NCBI RefSeq assembly: GCF_023055435.1
Contig: NW_025964112.1
Location: forward strand, 47,058,001 to 47,122,000
Source: Haliotis rufescens
Lineage: Eukaryota
DNA length: 64,000 bases
Direction of reading: 5' to 3'
The position numbers and the translations under genes are program-made. The notes beneath the pieces were generated by a model. The model saw only the letters and a program-made list of their open reading frames with translations, searched no databases and was not told the DNA's origin. Positions 1 through 11,002 of this stretch are shown in pieces (positions within the stretch are counted from its first letter, which is position 1; every line of letters starts with the position of its first letter).

Positions 1-2620
1 TATTTCAATACAGCATACCTGACCTCGCCACCATGTACCACTACAGAAAGTGCTGACCTCGTCACCATATTCCGCTACAGAAAGTGCTGACCTCGTCACC
101 ATATTCCGCTACAGCAGTTTTGACATTCTCGTCATATTCCACTCCAGAAGATTCTGACCTCGTCACCATATTGCACTACAGCAGGTCTCATCTCGTCACA
201 ATATTCCACTACAAGAAGGTTTGACGTCGTTACCATATTTCACTACAGAGGCCCTGACCTCATCACATATTCTTCTACAGAAGTTCTTCGACACCATATT
301 CTACTACAGCAGGTTTGATCTCATCATACCTTACACTATATGAAGCCTGACCTCATCACATTTTGCACTACAGCAGTTCTGACCTCGTCATCATATTCCA
401 CTAAAGGGGTCCTGACGTCATCACGTATTCCACTATAACAGGTCTGACCTCGTCGCCATATTCCACTACAGGGGTCCTGACGTCATCACGTATTCCACTA
501 TAACAGGCCTGACCTCGCCACCATATTCCACTACTGGAAGCCTTGCCTCATCACCATGTTCTACTTAAGGGGGCCGAGCCCAGTAACCCTTTTCCACTTC
601 AACAGGTTTGTCCTCATCGCCATACAAAATGACTTCTACCTTCTCACAGCAATCCTGGAGCTCATCGCTATCTTCCACAACAGTGCATTTGACCTCATCA
701 ACATCGTTCCACAACAGTAAATCTGACCTCTTTACTATCTTACCACTACAGTAAATCTGACCTTATCACTATCTTACCACTACAGTAAATCTGACCTCAT
801 CACTATCTTACCACTACAGTAAATCTGACCTTATCACATCTTTCCACAACAGTACATCTGACCTTATCACCATCTTACCACTACAGTAAATCTGACCTCA
901 TCACAATCTTACCACTACAGTAAATCTGACCTCATCACTATCGTACCACTACAGTAAATCTGAACTTATCACATCTTTCCACAACAGTACATCTGACCTC
1001 ATCACCATCTTACCACGACAATAAATCTGACCTCATCACTATCTTACCACTACAGTAAATCTGACCTCATCACTATCTTACCACTACAGTAAATCTGACG
1101 TCATCACATCTTGCCCCAACAGTCCATCTGACCTCATCGCTATCTTACCACTACAGTAAATCTGACCTCATCACTATCGTCCCACTACAGTACATCTGAC
1201 CTCATCACATCATTCCACAACAGTAAATCTGACCTCATCACTATCTTCCCACTACAGTAAATCTGACATCACTATCTTACCACTACAGCAAATCTGACCT
1301 CATCACTATCTTTCCACTACAGTAAATCTGACCTCATCACATCTTTCCACAACAGTACATCTGACCTCATCACTATCTTACCACGACAGTAAATCTGACC
1401 TCATCACTATCGTACCACTACAGTAAATCTGACCTCATCACATCTTTCCACAACAATAAATCTGACTTCATCACTATCTTCCCACTACAGTAAATCTGAC
1501 ATCACTATCTTACCACTACAGTAAATTTGACATCACTATCTTCCCACTACAGTAAATCTGACATCCCTATCTTACCACTACAGTAAATCTTACCTTATCG
1601 CATCTTTCCACAACAGTAAATCTGAACTCATCACTATCTTACTACGACAGTACATCTGACCTCATCACTATCTGACCACTACAGTTAATCTGACTTCATA
1701 ACTATCTTACCACTACAGTAAATCTGACATTACACATCTTTCCACAACAGCAAATCTGACCTCATCACTATCTTCCCACTACAGTAAATCTGACATCACT
1801 ATCTTACCACTACAGTAAATCTGACATCACTATCTTCCCACTACAGTAAATCTGACATCCCTATCTTACCACTACAGTAAATCTTACCTTATCGCATCTT
1901 TCCACAACAGTAAATCTAACCTCATCACTATCTTACCACTACAGTACATCTGACCTCATCACTATCTGACCACTACAGTAAATCTGACATCATCACTATC
2001 TTACCACTACAGTAAATCTGACCTCATCACATATTTCCACAACAGCAAATCTGACCTCATCACTATCTTCCCACTTCAGTAAATCTGACATCACTATCTT
2101 CCCACTACAGTAAATCTGACATCCCTATCTTACCACTACAGTAAATCTTACCTTATCGCATCTTTCCACAACAGTAAATCTGACATCACTATCTTACCAC
2201 TACAATAAATCTGACATCACTATCTTCCCACTACAGTAAATCTGACATCCCTATCTTACCACTACAGTAAATCTTACCTTATCGCATCTTTCCACAACAG
2301 TAAATCTGAACTCATCACTATCTTACCACTACAGTACATCTGACCTCATCACTATCTGACCACTACAGTAAATCTGACTTCATCACTGTCTTACCACCAC
2401 AGTAAATCTGACCTTATCACATCTTTCCACAACAGTAAATCTGACCTCATCACTATCTTACCAATTCAGTACATCTGACCTCATCAACTTCTTGCCACAA
2501 CAGTAAATCTGGCCTTATCACCATCCTCAACTATGGTGAATCTGACCCTATCACCATCTTCCACCACAGTGAATCAAACCTCATCACATATTCCACTGAA
2601 TCTGACCATCACCATCTTCC
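1..2620. repeat. Tandem minisatellite, 31-34 bp units (acagtaaatctgacctcatcactatcttaccact)
   Basis: Units at e.g. 782, 816, 849. A diverged subfamily (ctgacctcgtcaccatattccactacag) occupies 1-660 and a homogeneous core about 715-2460. Confidence 0.97.
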
Positions 2621-2821
2621 TCGCATTACCTTCTACCTATTCTCCGAAACACCTCCCGGCTCCATGGACCTGACTGCCCCCAATACTGGGCGATGCCGAC
2701 TGTATCGACATTGAGAATTCGCTAATGCTGAGTACCTGTGCTGACCTAAACATAACCATGGTGCAAGGGGATGTATGTATGACTTTTATAGTTTTGTCAT
2801 GACGAGAGACAATCGTGAACT

Positions 2822-2878
2822 ATAATCGAACCCTGGTCTTCGGCGTGGCGAGTGAACACTGAAGCCACTGGGTAACCT
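2822..2878 (-). mobile_element. tRNA-head fragment of SINE family A
   Basis: atcgaaccctggtcttcggcgtggcgagtgaacact resembles the reverse complement of the head of the 31897 copy. Confidence 0.5.
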
Positions 2879-2974
2879 GTATCTTACTCATCATTTATTG
2901 TGTTCCTGTTATCAAGATATGACATAGCATTTCACACCTCATCTAGCTAGTACCAACTAGATGATATGTGCCGT

Positions 2975-3220
2975 GGGTGGCCAAGTCGTCTGTGCAGTGT
3001 TGCTTCCCTTAGGCGTGCCAGGATGCTATGGCCATGGGGTGGAATCCCCGATTCCTTCCTCGGCCAGCACAATAACTGTGCTCAAAGGTTTCACCCAAAG
3101 TAAACGTCCAAAACGCTTTCCTCCCACACCAGGCTAACACGCCGTGACATAACTGAAATACTGTTCAAAGTGGCTTTAAACCCTATCACTCACTCAATTA
3201 ATCACTCTCGCTCACTCACT
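2975..3220 (+). mobile_element. SINE family C (tRNA-like head, ACTC tail)
   Basis: Shares ggtttcacc..gtaaacgtc.aaaac..ctttcctcccaca..a.gctaacacgcc..ataactg.aata.tgtt.aa with the 31584 copy; ends in (actc)n. Confidence 0.7.
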
Positions 3221-6200
3221 CCCTGCTTAGCTATTAATTAAAACAACAAAGAATAACAAAAGGTAAACTTATAAAATCTTTTTAACTTTACTTGTTGAGA
3301 AACGTGTATCTAAAAATATTTAAGCACATTTGTATAAATCGGATTGTAGTGTGGCACGATCCGGATGCCTTGTACGATTTGAAATATTTCTGGAATTTCA
3401 ATCTGGGTTATCGATATTCATCTTTATGTCGCTTTATGTATATTTTAAATCCATTTCATATCTTTATTGATTCTAGCATATCTGTAAGCTAAAATCACAA
3501 AGTACCCATGTGATTTATAACCTAAAGCAAAATCGAAGGTTTCAGTCAATTCTGACACAAATAACCTAGTGTTGAGTAGCAATCAAGCTGACAATAATAC
3601 GCATGAGTTGGTATGGTATTTTCTGCAGATGTATGGAAAGGAATATTCTGAACGCGATGATTTACTCCCCTTTATGTTCTCCAACTATAAACATATGTTT
3701 ATTTAAAGGCTAACAATAAACGTAAGCCGAAGGCAAAAACATCTCTTGCAAAACGTATATCTCTCGTTGCCTTCATTCTGTATCACAGAACTTCGATCTT
3801 CTTTGACGGGTATCATATAGATATTTCACAGACATGTGCACATTAGACCGTTCTTTAAACAGTCTGCAACCCTTCATACAAGCAGTGATTCAGATACCTT
3901 GAAAATTGATTACTATCTATATATAGTAAAACCCATATACCGTAGTAAAGCCAATATGATATCCCATCGTCCAGCACATACCATATGTGTGACTTATTAA
4001 ACTTAGTATTCTACACAAAAACACATCCTGCTTTTACTGTAATGTAGATGCTGACTTGAAAACTTGATGTGAGTAATGCATATGCTCTATTTCTTTTAAT
4101 CATTGTCTGATTCTTTTTGAAATGGAAACCGAACCTCGCAAATGTTTTGGCTCAATATCATGCACCTTACAGACATATGCATCCATTAAAGTTTGAATTT
4201 CATACCGACCTACAACCATTTTATACTTCAAATCTCATTTAATACATGAAGCATTATTTTGCGATGTATTTTATTCTCGCTCCTTCGGGGACAAACAGGA
4301 TTGCATGTAATACGACGATGGTCATTAAGGTTCTTCCGTCTATTCCGTAATGCCCTGTGGAAGGAACGATGACACTTTCCATATGAAATTCGCAATGTTT
4401 CTAATTAGAATATGATCTATCGATAATAATTGGCAAACGTCTTTTTAAAACTTATAGTTTTTATTTATTAATTATTTGCTTAGGGCCGTTTCTTTTACGA
4501 AGCTTTTAAATTGGTCAAACATATTTATTGCTTGCACAAAACATTACACTATCAGGAGTAGTTTAAATGTCATTTCCAACACTGCCAAAGAGCATCACAA
4601 TCCATATGACCTTATAGTGAGGCTTATCTGTATCTTTCCATTTCACACTAAGCAAACACAGTGATATCCGTTTAAATAATTCACATAAAACGGCGATGCT
4701 TCCAAGGATATGTGTTTAATGTATAGAGTAACAACATGGATGTGCATGAAACCGAGACACGTTTGTTCAGTATTATTTGAAATCAGTATTGACACTATGA
4801 ACAAATTTTCGAAATGTTGATTATGAGCAATATAACGCAGAATGCCAATAGCAATTGATTGAAATGTTACCTGAAGGTGTTACTTATAGGAATAATATGG
4901 GCTGTAAAAGATGTATTTCATATAACGAGCTATTTTAGTGTGTTTACATGTGTTTATGATATCTAAGGACACTTATGCGAGCATTTCATCTTTATATACC
5001 ATAGACATGTAATGATATGTTGCTAACTATCGCTGTTATTTGTCCATCGTGCTGATGGCAAGTTCAAAAAGCCATGCATTGGTATAGAAACATGGCAGCC
5101 GTGGGAGGGAGCATGGGGATTTCACGGGTTGTTCTGCGTCGTTACCTGGAATCACTGTATATTATACATATATAGCTATGGTAAGAAGACATTTGATTCT
5201 AGGTTGATTCAACTGCAGTACAAGATAAATTACACAGTAACGATGAAGGTCTTTCGTCTATCAAACGATCGCGATGCCCATTTAAATAGAACACACACAC
5301 ACACACATTAATCCTGAACCAATGTCAGAAGTGCTGTATCATCATATTAGTATATCCTTAGTGGAATAACGAAGGTCACATGTCCAGCAACGTGCCATGC
5401 ACCTATCAGAGCTACATCATATCAATTCTAAATATTATTGTGACCTTAAATATGCATATCAGTTACATAATCAACGAACTATAACGATGATAACGTCTAA
5501 TATATGCAATGCATGATTCAGTTAAGATGATGAAAATCGGCTAAAGAAGATCTGTCTCATTTCATATGTGTCACCTATTTTGATAAAAAGCATTTCCTGA
5601 ATAAGAACTCGTTTATTAAGGGTATGCGATGCCTAGTGTCACCCCTGTGTTCGAGTGTGGTACTTTAAGATACACGTCGCCATTGACAGAAGCATTTCTC
5701 ACATAAATGACACTTAAACAGCACGAAAACACGATAACAGTATTGTTCCCAGGTTCTGCAGTTGGTAATGGTCCCCAGAAATATTAGTTTAAAATGCTTA
5801 TGGCCTTTTATTTTTTTTACTTTTTATGGATCCCTACACTATTACTTTTGCGCGTGTTTGAGCATTGGTCCATTCACAACGACCAATAAATATAATACCT
5901 TTGTCTATTGGTTCAAACGTTGTGTGTATATCTAATCTACCTTTGTTCAGGTAGGCACCTTTCGTGATGAGGTCTGTAAACAGAGGTAAAACCTTCTCGG
6001 CATACCTTTCTCCATTATCTCAAAGACGAATTTTTTTCAACATGATATTATGTTAGAAATGGCATTTTCTAAGCAGCTTTATCGCTCAATCTTTAAAACC
6101 CACGTTTGTTTCATCCTATGGTCGCAAAGAGCAGCGAAATACCTTCCGTTGATGTTAACCGAACATTTCACATAGTTGCGGTAAAATAAACAACTCCGTT

Positions 6201-9200
6201 TCGTCACTTCAAAAGAATTTCCATCCATATAGATGCATAATAATCCCTAATTGCCAAGATATAATCGTTCATTTTGTTATTTACCACATAGTAATTTTAA
6301 CGTCATTAGTAGCAGAAGGGGCCTTCTAATGATAGACGTCATTTGTTTAACATGTACCATAAACAATACTAGCTCTATCGTGTTCTTAGTTACTTAAGTA
6401 AGATGTAGATATGTATTTGTATATGTCATGTGACGATTTGCCTTCGCCAACTTGGGTTTGGTGCAAGTGTATATAAGATTGAATCATTTGAACTTTGGCC
6501 ATCGAGTTGCCGTAAACGTCTGTAGTTTTTCATCCTATGATTCAATATCAAGAACTCTCATGGGTTGATATTTGTGATTTTGATAAAAGATATAGCCCTG
6601 TCATAGTTGTTCAACCTTCCAGAATTACACATAAATGATAAAATCCACACCATGGTTATAGCGTTCATCGTTATTTCAACGGAATTCGTTCGAATCGGAA
6701 TTAAACCCCAGATATTTTCCATGTAAAATGTCTTTATATGAAAAAATACTAAGAAAAAGGCAATTGGTGTTTCAAAAACAAATGGACAGATTACATGGTT
6801 TTAAGTTACAATTAGTCGCAAAAGCAATTCCCGGTCGTCGAAACAACCCATAGGCCCACCTCAGACCCAGAACACAAGTGACCGCCCTTTCATTCATGAA
6901 ATATAAATGTTAATTATTCTCTTGAATATTGGGACTCCAAATTAGCAATAAACAACCATTGAATGCAGCAGGAACAAACACAATAATGTGTTGTTAAAGA
7001 ATATGTTATGATGTTTGGGAATATCTAATACTTGCAAACAATAATCCTTTCCTTTGCTGTGAAAGCTGAATGTCACTGTAACTTGTAATGTAGCCATATG
7101 ATTCAAACTTCTACAACTAATACATAATAGTGTAAATGCAATGTAACGCATTAGGAATGTAATCGCGATCTAGAAGTGCTAAATTGAACACATGATACTG
7201 GACTGGGATGATATATCAAAACATTGATCTTTCCACATTAATGTTTGATATGTGGAAGCATCGATTTAACGAAATAATTGTAGAAACTACATCAAATGCG
7301 AATCTTCTTTACATTTAAGAACACAATGGTGTACACGTCTTTCCAACAGCTATGAAATATGAAGCATTTCTGTGTGTAATTCTGATCTGATTTGATCGTT
7401 TTCATAATGACAATAGAAAGATGTTTCTAACAACGCCTATGATAATTTGCACAATTTCTTTACTCCCAGTGCAAATCTACACCGTTCTCATTTAAATGAT
7501 TACTTTGAGAAATCTGATGGACAAACTCGGGACTTCTTGTTGGAATATAATATACCATGGTCTCATTTCGCACACTGTTAACAAGCGTATTAAATTTCTT
7601 GTATATGGTGTTACTTTTCTAATTTACAATGTCCGTGGAAAATTGTAAATATAAACTGAAAATGAAAGTTTGTCAACTACTGTTTATTGTTTTGATTTTG
7701 TGGCATCCAATGAATGTATTTTAGAACATCGGAATCTTGGCATGTGCGAAGTATATCATTTCATCATACTCTCGGAATAGGTGTTGAATCTCTTCTAAAA
7801 CTGGCACTATACAATACAGAAACAACGTTGTAACTGCCTTCGAGCACGCTACCTAAATCGTAAAACTCGAAGTTAGAACAATAGCATGAACTACTTAAAC
7901 AGTGGGTACAACAATCCCAGCAACAAGAAATGAATCATCTCAGGAGTCATACTGACTATCAGATATGTTGCATAGGTAAGCGTTGGAGGAATTTGATTTT
8001 CTTCAGAGGAGAATAAAATGAATACTATGAAATTGGAACTTTTGGTATAAAATCAAATGAGGGTTTAGCTCCCATTTCTTGGATCAGATGCTTTAACGCC
8101 ATAAAAGTGTAATAAAATACTTAAGTCTTTTCTAAGCACTGCTTTATTGCTGATGCGTCGGTATGTGTATAGCAGTGATTGAATAGAAGGTCCTACAACA
8201 AACACAGTTATGGTGGGTTTAGCATATGTATGGCAAGTTTATGTGAGCTTATATTCGATATCAGTACCATTTTCTGATTACAGTGAGAAATATAGTTTAT
8301 TTCAAGTATTACGGTTATGAATATACACATTGTGTGTTCAAATTCATTTTATAAACTCAGATATCGCAGCTTGAGTCTATCATGTTATATTTTCTGGTAA
8401 ATTGGAAGATTTATTTTTGGGGGTGAAAGAGGTGGTATTCGAAATACTTTTGAATTGATGTCTTGATAATTTGGACATGTATTTTATGAGCTTGTTTGAT
8501 TTGTTGGTAAATGTATATATAATAGGAAATTAGGACCCTTGCACAAAAGCTTAAGAAATGATCCATCCCTATCGGTACAGTGCCAACACTAATTTATTCA
8601 TGAATCCCATACAATGAAACGTGCCCCATGAGAACCCACGTCTCTGGTCGAGGTCTCGGAATACTCGTTTGATTAAAGATTCGTCTACGGTAATAAAAGA
8701 CCCATTGCTAGTGTTTCTACATGGGCACTATACACAATTACCTTCATTTGCCCAATAATCGGAAATTGATAGGAATCCCCTATGGTACAAGAGCTTATAA
8801 ATATACAACCTCCCCCTCAAGCTCACGCTATTTAGTCAAGGCCACGCGTACAATGAATGACCACAAAGGCAAAGTGATAGCCAACAGATTATGACAAATT
8901 GTCCCCAGTAAATGCTAATCGCCATCCGTAAGCGATCCGTGGACACGCAGTGGACATTCAGTGGACGCATAGTGTCGTCTGCTACAAATGTCGTCTGCTC
9001 TGTCGTGTGTCGTCTGCTCCGTCATGTGACAAGCCTCGCGCGTGCGGTGTTCTTGATATGATATATATACTTCGTTTCCTCTTTGAAATAGGCACAAGTC
9101 TCTCGTGCAGGCGTGCATTTGTTACATTTGTCGAATTCCTGGGTAGAGAATCTACGGTATGCTTTGCAAAAGCCGATTACCGCTTTTCAAGGATACAGCC

Positions 9201-10321
9201 GTATTAGCAAGGACATTTTCAGTATCCGCTAAAACTCAGCTCAAATAAATAATTGCCCTCTTGACAATGTCTGAGAGTGTATCCTAATTCTCCATCCTAA
9301 TTCACAGTATATCACATGAACCGAAAGAAGATCTGACGTACCGAAAAGGTAACCAAGATATGAGTATACTGTACTTGACTCCCAACAACTGAGAACACAC
9401 AAATTAAAAAAAAATGATTGAAATAGCCACACATAGTTAGCCGAATAGAATGTTATTGCAAAATCGAATATCGTGGATTGAATCATTTCTCACGCTACTC
9501 TCTTGCAATGGACACTTAAAAGGAAATTTGAAAACAGTTACTACGATAAAATGAAAACTAAACGCTGTTATGCTCAAATAAACGACAGCAGTGTCCGATG
9601 GTTGTTGAGAGAATACAACAGAAATGGCACATTTCCTTCGAATATCGTTCACAACACACAAGCAACCTTTAGTAATAAAAGGGTGTTTAAAGGGCTTGCC
9701 TTCACAAGTGAGTGCATCTTAAGAAAAGTTAAACGAGTGAGGGTAAGAGATAAATTTCTACCCTAAAATAGCGGTTGTCGCTATTATATTGCCGTTTTAT
9801 GAAGGCGCGATCCTATAGCCGGGCGACGGTGAGAATACATGTAAATAATCGAAAATTAGCATGCAGATGTTTCGAATAAAATCTATAAGGCGCTGCTACA
9901 TAAAATGGCTGTTGATGATCTATAAAACAATGAAATGGCCGCATTTTTCTCCGATTGGACTGCGAGTGTTCGAGGGCTAGTTTGTACGCGACGATGAGAC
10001 GAATCTTTTACACACTGTCGAGAAGAATCGGTGAGCATAAACGGAGGTTATTGTCAGTGTTTATGCCGTAATGAATTTTTATGAAGTCTAGGCTGAAGTG
10101 AGGTGCGTCTCGCTTTGCAGAATTTGAACAGAGGTTACGGGAGAGGGGAGGGGCCCTTCTACTTAAGAAGGGTCCCCCTGACCCCCTCTAAGTGTAAAAG
10201 AACCCTAGGGTGGCAGTAAACTCACACCGGGTCAGCGGCAGGGACGTTAATTGGCTTGCTGTTATTTTATGTTCACACTTTACGACAGTATCTATCGCTT
10301 GGAGTAGTAAAATGTACTAAC

Positions 10322-10784
10322 CTACGATTGACATCCAGGGATAAAATGACGGCGTCTCTCCTTCGGTCGTTCCATTCCCGGACTTTGAGCAAGGACTCAA
10401 GCTGTCTGCCCTCGGAGCGGGATTACAATTTCCCTGGGTATCACACGGGTCTCCGAATCTCATCCCTGGAACGTTCATATTTGGGTAGAACGATGCTCGG
10501 TTTGTTTGTAGACCCATTCTCAGTTCGTGATTTCGCTGTTGAAGTGCTTCCATACGACATGCTTCGGACGCATAAGATCCCATATAATATCGTGGAGCCC
10601 TGTAGTTTCCAGTGGGACATATCTCCGGGATATTAAGAAAGTGGTCCATGTACCCAGTATTTTCGCCGGCGTGGATTTCATCCCCTCTCGGGGCGCACTG
10701 GCGAATAGGCAGGTAAGAACTCATCCCTGGTCGCTCGTAGCCGGATCGTGATGTGAGGCCACTATTAAAGCTCGCTGAAACCAT
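10322..10784 (-). CDS. Lox2: Exon 1 of a central-class Hox gene (Lox2/Lox4, Ubx/abd-A-related); homeobox exon lies outside the window
   Basis: ORF encodes MSSY (Hox SSYF-type N-terminal motif, ATG at 10724) and ends ...TPSFYPWMSIVG. The hexapeptide is followed by a consensus donor GTAG|GTTAGT (exon ends 10322, phase 1); the ORF stop at 10317 is intronic. Hox identity is strong. Lox2 over Lox4 rests on my recollection of the WMSIVG linker and needs the homeodomain to confirm. Confidence 0.88.
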
Positions 10785-10869
10785 GAAGCAGAGTAAAATT
10801 ATTTTAGTTCTAGAAAATCATTGAGATAGCTCACAGACCCGGCAACTCGTACAACAGATAAACCAGACA

Positions 10870-11002
10870 ATTTGCATACCATCCAATCAGCGGTCGTAAA
10901 TCTGACCTCCTGTGACCTTTGCACTGGTAGCTCCTTACAGCGACTCCTTCCGCTAAGAAAAAGCAGTTCGCGAGTTGCAAAGGGATTTGAGAGTGGGGCG
11001 GG
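10870..11002 (-). promoter_or_regulatory. Proximal promoter/5' leader motif cluster of the Hox gene
   Basis: Octamer ATTTGCAT 10870-10877; CCAATCAG 10883-10890; AGATTTACGAC (minus, 10903-10893); DR4 10903-10918; GC box GGGGCGGG 10995-11002. All lie within about 220 bp of the ATG. TSS unknown. Confidence 0.6.
10903..10918 (-). promoter_or_regulatory. Perfect DR4 nuclear-receptor response element
   Basis: Plus strand tgacct-cctg-tgacct = minus AGGTCA CAGG AGGTCA. Confidence 0.5.

Larger units (their letters stand above)
1..10321 (-). other. Hox intron 1 (more than 10.3 kb, continues past the window start)
   Basis: GT donor at 10321-10320; no homeodomain (WFQNRR) ORF in 1-10321 in the six-frame track. 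Confidence 0.75.

Noticed and set aside
1-2620. CRISPR-like array (about 33-bp periodicity)
   Set aside because: No unique spacers; whole units are repeated; eukaryotic context and no cas genes.
10317-10321. Stop codon making a complete 155-aa protein
   Set aside because: GGT-TAG overlaps the GTTAGT splice donor; the stop is intronic.
10256-10751. Plus-strand ORFs of 126 and 74 aa
   Set aside because: Antisense shadows of the Hox exon; no recognisable motifs.
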